Part shown: one piece after another, positions 50,008 through 59,736 of the stretch
Position numbering within the stretch: the stretch's first letter is position 1
Layout: every line of letters starts with the position of its first letter
Assembly (NCBI GenBank): GCA_965226795.1
Contig: CBDDDZ010000002.1
Span: 621,897 to 685,896 of the forward strand
Direction: 5' to 3'
Source: Candidatus Latescibacterota bacterium
Lineage (GTDB): Bacteria; Latescibacterota; UBA2968; GCA-2709665
DNA: 64,000 nucleotides
The notes under the pieces: model-generated
Database searches by the model: none
Seen by the model: the letters and a program-made list of their open reading frames with translations, nothing else
Told to the model about the DNA's origin: nothing
Position numbers and translations under genes: made by a program

Positions 50008-51633
50008 ATGGGTACGATATCTCACGACGGGAACAGGAGGGCGCTGGCAGCCGGGAAGACGGTTTTCGATTATGCGGATGAACTGGCGGTTCAGGTGCCC
50101 ACCTCGTGCGGGCGCACCGGACACTGCCACGAGTGTGTGGTTGAAATCAGGTGCGGGATGGACGCGTTGCGGCCCCGAAACGACGTGGAGTCGTTCTTGC
50201 GGGAGGATTACCGCCTCGCCTGCCAGGCGGTGGTTGAAGACGCCGGGGCAGATATCGAATTCTCGCCGCTGAGACGCAAGCCCAAGATTCTCTCCAGTAC
50301 CCTGGAAAAACCCCTCGATCCGGACCCCCTGGTCACGTGCCGGGGGGATGTTGTTTATTACGACGGTGTGGCCGTTGACAGGTATCGTGGCCACCTGTTC
50401 GGCATCGCGATCGATCTGGGCACGACAACGGTGGTAATGGATCTCGTGGACCTGGCCACGGGAAAAAGTGTCCACGTGAGTTCCTTCGAGAATCCCCAGC
50501 GCTTCGGCGGCAGCGACGTGATGAACCGCATCTCCTACGACGGGGAGTTTCAGGGCGAACTGCAGAAGGCGGCGGTCAACGCGATCAACCACGAAATTCT
50601 TGAACTGGGAAAACGCTTCGGGTTTGTACGCCAGGAGATTTACGAGGTGGTTGTGGCGGCAAACTCCACGATGCGGGACATCTTCTTCAAGCTGGATGTG
50701 CAGAGCATCGGTCAGAGACCGTACAAGTCCGGCGTGGAACATGCCTATCTCGAGGGTGAACGGGAAACGACGTCGCTGCTGGAGGGTTCCCGGCGCTTGG
50801 GGCTGCGCGCCAATCCGAGGGCAAGGGTCTACGGGATGCCCCTTATTGCCAGCCACGTTGGGGCCGATACCGCGGCCGACTTGGTGGCCCTGGATATTGC
50901 ATCTCAAGAGGGTTTGGTGATGCTGGTGGACGTGGGGACCAATACGGAGGTGGTGGTGGGAAGCCCCGACAGACTGCTCACCGCCTCATGCCCGGCCGGA
51001 CCCGCGTTCGAGGGGGGACTGATCCGGTACGGAATGCCGGGTTATGAAGGGGCGATCGAGTCGATTCGTCTGGATAACGGCGCGTTTGAATATCGGACCA
51101 TCGGGCAGGTTGAACCGGAGGGAATTTGCGGATCCGGGTTGATCGATCTGCTGGCGGAACTCCGGCGGCACGAACTCATGGCGCCGAAAGGAATGTTTGC
51201 GGACCGGTCCTACGAGGTGATGGTTGTCCCGGAGTACGGAATAACGTTGTCACGTGAAGACGCCAGCAATCTGGCCCAGGCAAAGGCGGCGAATTTCTGC
51301 GGCCAGTTTATCCTGATGCGACACCTCGGGATCGGGCCGGAAGATATCGACACGCTCTACCTGGCCGGGGGATTCGCCAATTACGTGAACGTGCAAAATG
51401 CAATTGAGATCGGTTTTCTGGCGCCAATCGTGGAGGACCGCGTTGTGAAGATCGGGAACGCGGCGGTCCAGGGGGCTCGGGAGGTGCTGCTTTCCCGTGA
51501 AAAGAGGGCGTCCGCCGAGGCGCTGGTGAAACAGATCGAACATATCGAACTCGAGACAACACCGGATTTCTTCGAGGTGTTCGTGGAAGGTTGCCAGTTC
51601 AAGCCGATGCCCGCCGCTTTTCTTAACCCGTGA
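50008..51633 (+). CDS. ASKHA-domain reductive activator of corrinoid enzymes (RACE/DUF4445) with an N-terminal 2Fe-2S domain
   Basis: SCGRTGHCHEC..RLAC; AIDLGTTT, GSDVMNRI, DVGTNTE, AGPAFEG, GICGSG, LAGGF, GNAA. Confidence 0.93.
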   Translation: MGTISHDGNRRALAAGKTVFDYADELAVQVPTSCGRTGHCHECVVEIRCGMDALRPRNDVESFLREDYRLACQAVVEDAGADIEFSPLRRKPKILSSTLEKPLDPDPLVTCRGDVVYYDGVAVDRYRGHLFGIAIDLGTTTVVMDLVDLATGKSVHVSSFENPQRFGGSDVMNRISYDGEFQGELQKAAVNAINHEILELGKRFGFVRQEIYEVVVAANSTMRDIFFKLDVQSIGQRPYKSGVEHAYLEGERETTSLLEGSRRLGLRANPRARVYGMPLIASHVGADTAADLVALDIASQEGLVMLVDVGTNTEVVVGSPDRLLTASCPAGPAFEGGLIRYGMPGYEGAIESIRLDNGAFEYRTIGQVEPEGICGSGLIDLLAELRRHELMAPKGMFADRSYEVMVVPEYGITLSREDASNLAQAKAANFCGQFILMRHLGIGPEDIDTLYLAGGFANYVNVQNAIEIGFLAPIVEDRVVKIGNAAVQGAREVLLSREKRASAEALVKQIEHIELETTPDFFEVFVEGCQFKPMPAAFLNP

Positions 51634-51649
51634 GTCAGAAATTTCACAA

Positions 51650-51854
51650 CCCCCTAACGTCCCCTATTCCCTTGCCCTTTTTCTTGCATCGCCCAAGAAA
51701 AGGGCGAAAAAGAAGGGCGCCTGCCTGCCGAGCACGGCTCGGCGCAGGCAGGCCCCGCGCCCAGCGGCGACTTTTGGTTCCTTTTGGTCGCTTCAAAAGG
51801 AACCCGCCGGAGGCAGGGAATCTGGGGAGATGTGGATGTTGAATTTGGTTTTCG
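51650..51854 (+). mobile_element. Structured non-coding element, locus C (internally deleted, outer ends only)
   Basis: 51650-51719 matches the left end of locus A and 51748-51854 the right end; they are joined through a 33-nt palindrome at 51720-51752. Confidence 0.82.
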
Positions 51855-51978
51855 CCTTCTGATTCTCGCTGACCGCTGAGAGCTGAAAGCTGTTTTGGCT
51901 GCTCGTGATGGGGCGAATTTCGGCAATCTGGTTCCCGGACCGAACACGAGTGCTGCGTAACAACACGAGTGTATTCGC

Positions 51979-53580
51979 ATGGCGTTAAATCCAGAAAAAA
52001 CAGACCCCGGCCGTGGCGATGGGCAGAAACGCTCCCTGCGCGACCTGATCCAGGACACGGACGGGTTCGTCGTCTGCGTGGAACTGGTCAATTCCCGGGG
52101 GGTGATTACCGAGCGCCGCGGGCGCCACGTTTTGGATCTCGCGCGAGCGCTTGCCGACCATCCGGAGGTGGACGCCCTGAGCATCACCGACAATCCCGGC
52201 GGGAACGCCACGAACAGCGCGGACACGATGGGGATCGATCTGCTGGGTCGGGGGCAGGAGGTCATCATTCACGTTTCGTGCAAGGACTGGAACCGGAATG
52301 CGCTGCTGAGCAGAGGCTGGGAACTCGCAAGCGAAGGATTCGAAAACGTGCTGGCGTTGTCGGGCGACTATCCCGTGAGCGGATATCGCGGGCAGGCAGG
52401 CGGCGTGTTCGATACCGATTCGGTTGGTCTGTTGAAGATGTTCTCGGAGATGAATTCCGGTATGCGCCTCGAAGGCGGCAGAGGCGATCAGATTCTGAAG
52501 CCCACGTGTTTTTTCCCCGGTGCGGTGGTGAACAACCACAAGCGATACGAACGCGAGGTGATGCCGCAGTATTTCAAGCTGGCGAAAAAGGTTGAGAGCG
52601 GCGCCGGGTTTATCATCAACCAGATTGGGTACGACGCGCGCAAACAGGACGAGTTGTTGAAGTACATGGACGTTCGCGGTCTCCGAGTGCCGGTGTTGGC
52701 CAACGTGTACGTGCTCAGCCCCGCGTCGGCGCGGTTTTTTCACGCGGGAAATATCCCCGGCGTGATTGTAACCGATGAGTTGCTTGCGCTGACCCGGAAG
52801 CACGCCCGTTCCCGGGACAAGGGTAGGGCCTTCTTCCTGGAGTTCGCCGCGAAGCAGTGCGCCATTGCCAAAGGGCTGGGATATCGCGGGGTCTATCTTG
52901 GCGGACACCTGAAGTTCGAGGACTACGCGCGAATCCTGGAGATTTCCGGCGGCTTCGGCGAAGCGGATTGGAAAGACTTCGTACATGAGTTTCTCTTCCG
53001 GCAGCCTGGGGAATTTTTCTTCTTTGAACCCGACAGGGAGACCGGGCTGAGTTCGGACGAGGTCAACCGCCAGTATCGGCATTCGAAGGATCCCGAGGTG
53101 TTGAGGGCCGCCAGGAGCCGCGTTTCCACGGGCTACAAGGTCAACCGCTTCGTGCACGAACACGTCTTCGAAAAGGGTCGCCCCGCTTTTCGTATCGGCA
53201 AGAAGTTCTTCGAGGCCGTGGACCGCGCCGGAGGCCGCCTCCGGAGGGCCGTGCATGGAGCGGAGCAGGCGGTGAAGATTCCGGGCTTCGATTGCCGGGA
53301 CTGCGGCGATTGCTCGCTCCCCGATATCGCGTTTCTCTGCCCCGAGTCGCAATGCGTCAAGAACCAGCGCAACGGTCCCTGTGGTGGAACGCGAAACGGA
53401 CGATGCGAGGTGGGGGAGAAGGCGTGCATCTGGTCTCTGGCCTACGAACGGCTCAAGGCATACGGAGAGGAAGAGAAGATGCTGGACGGTCCGGTCGTCT
53501 TCAAGGACGGCGCCTTGAAGGGAACGAGCGCATGGGCGAACGCATTTCTGGAGCGGGACCACCACGCCCGCGTGAAATGA
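51979..53580 (+). CDS. metF: Methylenetetrahydrofolate reductase fused to a C-terminal Cys-rich MetV-like domain
   Basis: ITDNPGG, HVSCKDWNR, LALSGDYP, KKVESGAGFIINQ; C-terminal CRDCGDC..CPESQC.K..RNGPCGG..CEV..CIW. Confidence 0.88.
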   Translation: MALNPEKTDPGRGDGQKRSLRDLIQDTDGFVVCVELVNSRGVITERRGRHVLDLARALADHPEVDALSITDNPGGNATNSADTMGIDLLGRGQEVIIHVSCKDWNRNALLSRGWELASEGFENVLALSGDYPVSGYRGQAGGVFDTDSVGLLKMFSEMNSGMRLEGGRGDQILKPTCFFPGAVVNNHKRYEREVMPQYFKLAKKVESGAGFIINQIGYDARKQDELLKYMDVRGLRVPVLANVYVLSPASARFFHAGNIPGVIVTDELLALTRKHARSRDKGRAFFLEFAAKQCAIAKGLGYRGVYLGGHLKFEDYARILEISGGFGEADWKDFVHEFLFRQPGEFFFFEPDRETGLSSDEVNRQYRHSKDPEVLRAARSRVSTGYKVNRFVHEHVFEKGRPAFRIGKKFFEAVDRAGGRLRRAVHGAEQAVKIPGFDCRDCGDCSLPDIAFLCPESQCVKNQRNGPCGGTRNGRCEVGEKACIWSLAYERLKAYGEEEKMLDGPVVFKDGALKGTSAWANAFLERDHHARVK

Positions 53581-53590
53581 GGGAAACCCG

Positions 53591-54637
53591 ATGAAATTGG
53601 ACGGTCGGGACGGCGAGTTTGTTGTGATCGGTGAGAACATCCACACCACAAGGGTGGTTCTCAGAAAAGGAAAGCTCGTCGTGAAGAATCCTGCGGGGGT
53701 GGAGGCGGTCCGCTTTTACGACACGCACAGGAAACGACGCTTCCTCGCGATTCCCGATGATTTCAAGCGGACGCAGGATTACGAAGAAGGACGCGTCAAA
53801 TACGTCAGGATCGCCCTTCACGCGGCGATGTCGGGGCAGGCGCCGCAGGCGGATGACGGGCTGGCGTACCTGCACCGGCTGGTTAAGCGGCAGGTGGACG
53901 CGGGGGCGAACTACCTGGATCTAAACGTCGACGAAGTCTCATTGCGCCCCGACGAGCAGAAGAAGGCCATGCGATGGCTGGTGGACGCCGTGCAGGAGGT
54001 CAGCCCGGTTCCACTGTCCGTGGACTCCTCCAACGTCGAAACGATTCAGGTGGGGCTGGAAGCCTGCGACGGCAGGTCCGGCCGTGCATTGCTGAACTCG
54101 GCCTCACTGGAACGCCTTGAAGCCCTGGACCTGGCCCGGCGCTACGATTCCAGGGTGATTGTCACGGCTGCCGGCGGGAGCGGCATGCCTCAGGACGCTG
54201 GAGAGCGAGTCGACAATGCTTCGCGCATGGTGGACGTGGCGCTTGCCAGGGAGATTGGGATTGAGGATATTTTCGTGGATGTCCTGGTTTTTCCGATCTC
54301 GGTGGACGGCACGTTCGGCAATCACAGCTTCGAGGCGATCCGGAGGCTTCGCGCGAGGTTCGGCCCGGAGATTCACGTCACGGGGGGGTTCAGCAACGTG
54401 TCATTCGGGTTGCCGTGCCGGCATCTCATCAACGACGTCTTCACGATTCTGGCCGTCGAGGCCGGAGCGGACAGCGGGATTGTCGACCCGGTAACCAGCA
54501 GCCCGCAACGCGTTTTCTCCATGGACCGGGAAACGGAACCCTACCGGCTTGCGGAAGACATGCTCCAGGGACGGGATCCTATGTGCAAGAGCTATCTGCG
54601 TGCTTATCGAAAAGGCGCGCTGGACGTTTACCGTTAA
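53591..54637 (+). CDS. Pterin-binding methyltetrahydrofolate:corrinoid methyltransferase (AcsE/MetH folate module)
   Basis: VIGENIH, GANYLDLN, PLSVDSS, LLNS, GGFSNVSFGLP. Confidence 0.9.
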   Translation: MKLDGRDGEFVVIGENIHTTRVVLRKGKLVVKNPAGVEAVRFYDTHRKRRFLAIPDDFKRTQDYEEGRVKYVRIALHAAMSGQAPQADDGLAYLHRLVKRQVDAGANYLDLNVDEVSLRPDEQKKAMRWLVDAVQEVSPVPLSVDSSNVETIQVGLEACDGRSGRALLNSASLERLEALDLARRYDSRVIVTAAGGSGMPQDAGERVDNASRMVDVALAREIGIEDIFVDVLVFPISVDGTFGNHSFEAIRRLRARFGPEIHVTGGFSNVSFGLPCRHLINDVFTILAVEAGADSGIVDPVTSSPQRVFSMDRETEPYRLAEDMLQGRDPMCKSYLRAYRKGALDVYR

Positions 54638-54656
54638 GTGAGGAATTGGGAAGGAA

Positions 54657-55718
54657 ATGAAGACATTTCTCGAACGGTTGGAAGATTCCAGGCCGATGGT
54701 ATACGATGGGGGTTTCGGTTCGGAGTTGTTCAAGGGGCGTATCGAATTGACGAACAGCGCGCTTGCGAATGAACGGCATCCGGCTGCGGTGGTGGATATC
54801 CATTCAGCCTATATTGAAATGGGAACCGACGTTATAGGGACCAACACGTTCGTGGCTTCGCCTCTGCACCTGGAAATGGCGGGAAAAGAGGGGACCCAGG
54901 CCGTGACGATTGCCCGGCTGGCCATGGAACACGCGAGAAGGGCAGTCGAAAAGAGCGGCAGGGAGGTCTATATTGCGGGTTCTATCGGTCCGTCGCCGGG
55001 GGCTATCGAGGCGGACGCGGGCGATACGGATTTCGGTATTGCGGACAGTAAAGCGAGGGCGGCACACGAGCGGGTGATCCACGCGCTGGCGGAGGGTGGG
55101 GTGGATCTCATTTGTATCGAGACCATGTTCTCCGCGAAGGAGGCAGCCATTGCGGCGGACGTCGCGCGGAAGACCGGGTTGCCCATCGCCATCAATCTGA
55201 CATGCAAGTACACGAAGGACCGTAAGACTGGCGAGGTGATTTACCGGACGGACTGGGGGCATTCTTCGGAGAGTCTTCTGGAATTCCTGAGTTCCGGTGA
55301 GTTTTCAGACGGGGATAATCTCCTGGAGCACGTGCAAATCATCGGGATGAATTGCGGCGCCGAGAACCGGCGGGTGGAACATACGGGGATGTCATACGCT
55401 ATCAACGGGATGTGGCAGCTCCGGCAGGCGTTGGAAGCGAGGGGGACTACCGGGATCAGGTTGATGGCCTATCCCAACGCGGGGCTGCCTCAACTGGAAA
55501 GAAAGACCGGCCGGACGACGTATTCCCAGACGGCGGAGGATATGGCGGCGTCCGTCCCCGATCTGATCGCCGCGGGCGCCTATATTGTGGGAGGTTGTTG
55601 CGGGACGGGGCCGTCGCATATCCGGGCTTTCCGCGGGATGTTGAATGGAGGGCTGGGTAAGAACGGGAGCTCCCGCGACAGGGCCGGCACCGGCGAACGG
55701 AGCAGAGCGGGGCACTGA
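54657..55718 (+). CDS. Homocysteine S-methyltransferase (MetH N-terminal module)
   Basis: YDGGFGSEL, TNTF, AGSIGP, ETM, GMNCG, PNAGLP, GGCCGT Zn ligands. Confidence 0.92.
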   Translation: MKTFLERLEDSRPMVYDGGFGSELFKGRIELTNSALANERHPAAVVDIHSAYIEMGTDVIGTNTFVASPLHLEMAGKEGTQAVTIARLAMEHARRAVEKSGREVYIAGSIGPSPGAIEADAGDTDFGIADSKARAAHERVIHALAEGGVDLICIETMFSAKEAAIAADVARKTGLPIAINLTCKYTKDRKTGEVIYRTDWGHSSESLLEFLSSGEFSDGDNLLEHVQIIGMNCGAENRRVEHTGMSYAINGMWQLRQALEARGTTGIRLMAYPNAGLPQLERKTGRTTYSQTAEDMAASVPDLIAAGAYIVGGCCGTGPSHIRAFRGMLNGGLGKNGSSRDRAGTGERSRAGH

Positions 55719-55739
55719 CGACGCGAGAAGGGGTGACAG

Positions 55740-56011
55740 GTGGCCGAGTACCAGGTGCTTTACTGGAAGGATATTCCCGCGCAGGTTCGGGTGTTCGACG
55801 GGAAGCGGCGGGTTGCGCGCCAGATGCCGCCGAGATTTCAGGAGGCGATAGACCGGCGGCCATGAAGGAGGGGCTGGCCGGATCGGACGCGTACCTTGCG
55901 CATTGGCAATGGAGCGAACGGCAGGAACGTCCCGGCGAGCCGCATGCGGTTCTGCTGGCGCTCGTAAAGGACCTTGAACGGGCTTACGACGAACGGGATC
56001 GCAAAGCATAG
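55740..56011 (+). CDS. Virulence_fact-family small protein, with a 1-nt frameshift near 55856
   Basis: GTG 55740 gives MAEYQVLYWKDIPAQV..RFQEAIDR; continues in another frame as AMKEGLAGSDAYLAHW. Confidence 0.8.
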
Positions 56012-56033
56012 AGGTCTCAACCGAAATTGAATT

Positions 56034-56068
56034 AAGAGCGGAGCCGGAGTTTCCGGCTCCGCTCTTTT
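56034..56068 (+). terminator. Intrinsic terminator closing the corrinoid cluster
   Basis: aagagcggagccgga-gtt-tccggctccgctctt followed by a T-rich tract. Confidence 0.85.
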
Positions 56069-56305
56069 GTTTGTATCGCGTAAGGCCGGGGCCTTTGCCG
56101 GCGGCGCGCGCTATTTTCCACCAAAAAATCATTATTAGAAGCTGTTATTCCACAGATAAACCACGAATAAATCGTTATTAATGATTAGTTATCCGTGATG
56201 GGAGCGTGCGGGTGCGCGGGTTCAGGCGTTTTGAGGGATGCGGTTCTATTGCCGGTTTGAGTGATGTCTCGATAGGATTCTACTTATTTCGATGGGAGGG
56301 GTATC

Positions 56306-56940
56306 GTGCTGAAAGCAATGTGCGGACGTGTTTTTTCCTGTTTGGTTTCGTGTGGGTGTGTTATCGGCCTTGTGTGTCGCAGATGGTGTCACCTCTGTGG
56401 ATGGATGTTTGTGTCGTTGCTGTTGACGGTGCATGCGTCGCCCGTGTATTCACAGAGCGGTGATGCGCCGACGGATCTGGACGCGTCTGCAGATGGTGGC
56501 AACTACGTGCTCCTGACGTGGACGGCCCCTGCCGAGGATGCCGGCGCCGTCAGCGGATACAAGATCAGGCACCAATCGTGGACGAGCGGATTGTCGATTG
56601 TGAATGTGGGTACCATTCGGATGTCCGGCGGCGTCACGCGGCGAAGGTTCAGTGTGGGCAACCGTGGCCGTGCAAGGTACTTCACGTTCGAGGTGCGCGT
56701 GGTGCGGGGCACGGTGTCTGGCGGATGGTCGAACAAGATCCTGTACGACGCGGTGACGTCGATGTTGGTGACGGTTCCCGCGGCGCCGGAGGGGCTTTCG
56801 GGAGGGGCTGGTGTCGGTGAGGTGGTATTGACGTGGGACGATCCCGGTCACGCGACGATCACGAGGTATGAGTTGAAATAAAGCCGCGGCGCCGTATTGA
56901 TTCAGGACTGGAGGAATATCGCGGGCAGCGGCGCGGGCGT
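56306..56940 (+). pseudogene. Fibronectin type III repeat protein, interrupted and truncated
   Basis: APTDL..LTWTAP..GYKI..FEVR, second repeat VPAAPEGL..LTWDDP..RYE; TAA at 56879-56881 is followed in frame by DWRNIAGSGAG. Confidence 0.7.
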
Positions 56941-57042
56941 AGCGGATCGGACGACGGGGGAGGATGAGATCCGATGCGGTCCGATGGTGCGACGGTGGCG
57001 GAGGTAACGTTGGCCGGTGAGTGGGAAAGGAGCGAAGAAGCC

Positions 57043-59031
57043 ATGACCGAACGTGTTGCAGGAAGCGCAGGGCTGCGGACGGCGGCGGTGGCGGCGTGTA
57101 TGCTGGGGATGGTGTGTCTGGCGTCGCCGGCGGGCGCCGCCGACGTGCAACCTTGTGCGTTGCTGGATGCCGAAGCATGGCGGGGGTATCCCGAAGTGTC
57201 TGCCGGCAAGGTGGCGGCGGAAAAGATCGTCGGGGAGCCGCGCACGGTGCGCATGATCTACTTCGTGCCGACCGTCCGTCCGTATCGTCAGTCGGTGGTG
57301 GATACGATGAAAGCGACCATGCGGATGATGCAGACGTTTTTTGCCGTGCAGATGGCCGCGCACGGGTATGGATATATGACGTTCCGGTACGAGGCGGACG
57401 CGGACGGGGAGCCCGTGGTGCATCGGATGGACGGCGCGCACGGCGATGCGCATTATCTCGTGGACACGACTAGCAGGTCAGGCGCCGAGATCTGGGAGGT
57501 ATATGAACATGCAAACCGCGTGGACTTCATCGTGATCGACCACAGTACATCGTTTTTGCATGACCGTTACGGAATCGTCTACGCCTTGGGTGCGGCAGGG
57601 GGAAGCAAGAACGAAGGCATCGCAAGGGTTACCGCCGATTTCAGTTGGGAGACGGCGACCCACGAACTGGCGCATGCCTTCGGGATGCCGTGGCACGATT
57701 TCCGTGACGACAGCTATGTCCTGTCGTATGGACGCCGTCGGACGCGGTTGTCGGCTTGCACTGCGGCCGTGCTGTCGTTGAGTCCTTTTTTCAATGCGGA
57801 GATATCGCTTGAGACTGACCGGAAATGGGGCCCCACCGTGGAACACGCGTCTGGGACGCCGTGGTATCCTGCCGGGTCGGAGCGCGTCAGTGTGCCGATG
57901 CGCGTGGCCGACCCGGACGGGGTTGTTCTCGTGCTGCTGCAGGTTGCCAATCACTTGTCCGACAGTCTTGCCCCGGAAAACAAGGCGTGCCGCACGCTGT
58001 CGGGAGAAACGGCGGCCGACGTCGCGTTCGAGTATGACGGTGTGATACCGGGAGCCTCACGCACTCATCCAAGTCTCTCGAATCCGGCGACCCACTTCCT
58101 TGTGGTTAAGGCATTCGATGCGAAAGGGGACGTGGGATGGCTGAATTTCGCAATAGCGCAACGGTCGCCGTATCACCTGGCCACGCTCGAGGCGACGTGC
58201 GAAGAACATATCACACCGTTGGCGTTTTCGCCGGACGGCAGGCTATTGGCTGCGGGATCGCGGACTTCGGCATTTTCGCCCTCTGTCCTGAGTGTGTGGG
58301 ACGTGGCGTCGCGGCGTGAGATCGCCGCGTGGGAGCCGCATAGCAATACCGTGATGTCCCTGGCGTTTTCTCCCGACGGGACGGTGCTAGTTTCCGGGTC
58401 GTGGGACCGGACGATCCGTGTGTGGGACGTGGCGTCGAAGGAAGCCATCGCCGTGCTGGAAGGGCAGGGCGGGCTGATCGATGCCGTGTCGTTCTCTCCC
58501 GACGGGGCCATCCTGGCGTCGGATGATGTGAGGGGAAACGGTGCGGTCAGTCTGTGGGACACGGCGGTATGGCAACGCATCGCCACGCTCGAGGCGCCTC
58601 GTCATCGTACGGTGTATCACGTGATGTTCTCGCCCGACGGCCGCGTGTTGGCGGTCTCGACGTCGTTCGGAAGGCTCAACCTGTTTGACGTTGTGAGCGG
58701 AGAACGCATCGAGACTCTTGCGAATCCGGGAGCCGTCAATTATTCCGCGTTCTCGCCCGACGGCCGCGTGTTGGCGGTCCCATCCAGTCTAAACCGGATC
58801 GAGCTGTGGGATACGTCATCGTTCACGTCGCGTCGATCCCGGATTCCGGACTTCGACGGCGACGGAGCCGTGGGTTTTTTCGATTTCATAGGGTTCGTGC
58901 AGAAGTTCGGGTTCAGCCGCGGCCAGGCAGGATATGACCCCCGCTACGACCTGGACGAGGATGGGGCCATCGGCTTCGCGGACTTCCTCATCTTCGCCGG
59001 GGCCTTCGGCAAGGCGTCGTCGTCATCGTGA
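57043..59031 (+). CDS. Secreted HExxH metallopeptidase + WD40 repeats + paired EF-hand/dockerin-like tail, paralogue 1
   Basis: Signal peptide, THELAHAFGMPWHD, repeated FSPDG..WD, DFDGDGAVGFFDF..DLDEDGAIGFADF. Confidence 0.85.
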   Translation: MTERVAGSAGLRTAAVAACMLGMVCLASPAGAADVQPCALLDAEAWRGYPEVSAGKVAAEKIVGEPRTVRMIYFVPTVRPYRQSVVDTMKATMRMMQTFFAVQMAAHGYGYMTFRYEADADGEPVVHRMDGAHGDAHYLVDTTSRSGAEIWEVYEHANRVDFIVIDHSTSFLHDRYGIVYALGAAGGSKNEGIARVTADFSWETATHELAHAFGMPWHDFRDDSYVLSYGRRRTRLSACTAAVLSLSPFFNAEISLETDRKWGPTVEHASGTPWYPAGSERVSVPMRVADPDGVVLVLLQVANHLSDSLAPENKACRTLSGETAADVAFEYDGVIPGASRTHPSLSNPATHFLVVKAFDAKGDVGWLNFAIAQRSPYHLATLEATCEEHITPLAFSPDGRLLAAGSRTSAFSPSVLSVWDVASRREIAAWEPHSNTVMSLAFSPDGTVLVSGSWDRTIRVWDVASKEAIAVLEGQGGLIDAVSFSPDGAILASDDVRGNGAVSLWDTAVWQRIATLEAPRHRTVYHVMFSPDGRVLAVSTSFGRLNLFDVVSGERIETLANPGAVNYSAFSPDGRVLAVPSSLNRIELWDTSSFTSRRSRIPDFDGDGAVGFFDFIGFVQKFGFSRGQAGYDPRYDLDEDGAIGFADFLIFAGAFGKASSSS

Positions 59032-59165
59032 GACGCGCCGGCTGCGGCGCGCAATGGAACGTGTCGCGATTCCCGCCGTCGCAAAATGCGACAGGTGAGA
59101 GGCATTTCACGACACACCCACCCCACCTGTCAGGCAGCCCATGCGCATCACGTCCCGTTGCCAGT

Positions 59166-59490
59166 GTAGGGGCGTCCCTTGTGGGCCTGCCTGCAGCGCA
59201 GAGCACTGCGCAGGCAGGCGCCCGCATTGTGAAGGAGCGTTTGTGAAGGTGGGGCGGACATTCCTGTCTGCCCGCCTCGATGCCGACGACGTCTCCGCGC
59301 AAATGTGTTTACCGTGTGTTTGGCGTTAAGGACAATCGAACAGACGGGAGATTCTTCGCCTTCGCTCAGAATGACATGCTTTGCAATCAGCATCCGCGAG
59401 ACACGTCGATCACACCTGCGCCGAGACTGTCATCCTGAGGAAGCCCTGTCTGCCGTGCCCGGCACAGGCAGGCGCCAGGCTGACGAAGCA
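59166..59490. repeat. Cluster of REP-like palindromes (GTAG, GTGG and GTCAT types), two interrupted by CCTGCCTG-type inserts
   Basis: gtaggggcgtccc 59166, ggtggggcggacattcctgtctgccc ~59248, gattcttcgccttcgctcagaatgaca ~59350, gtcatcctgagg ~59429. Confidence 0.75.
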
Positions 59491-59554
59491 TCTACTGCGG
59501 CTCCGCATGAGGCCTGAGCGTCTGGCATTCGCGCGGCCTGCCAGGCGGCACGTC

Positions 59555-59640
59555 GGGCACTGCTCCCCTCCCCGCGTCGGGGAGGGGCCGGGGGAGAGGT
59601 CGTCATCCTGACGGGCTATATCGAGAGCGACGCGTCGTCG
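59555..59640 (+). repeat. 86-nt direct repeat upstream of paralogue 2
   Basis: Colinear with 62725-62810; contains a cccctcccc/ggggagggg hairpin. Confidence 0.85.
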
Positions 59641-59736
59641 CAAAGCGGACAATGATTACTGTGATTGAAGGCTGATTGAACCCCATGTAGAGCCTGTGGG
59701 TGATGTCGCCAATAACGTGAAGGGAGTGATGGCGAC

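Noticed and set aside
56879..56881. Programmed readthrough of the TAA in the FN3 gene
   Set aside because: TAA is not a recoding codon here, and FN3 similarity ends about 20 codons later, so truncation is the simpler explanation.
59040..59700. CRISPR array in the repeat-dense spacer
   Set aside because: The repeats belong to different families, are not regularly spaced direct repeats, and no cas genes are present.
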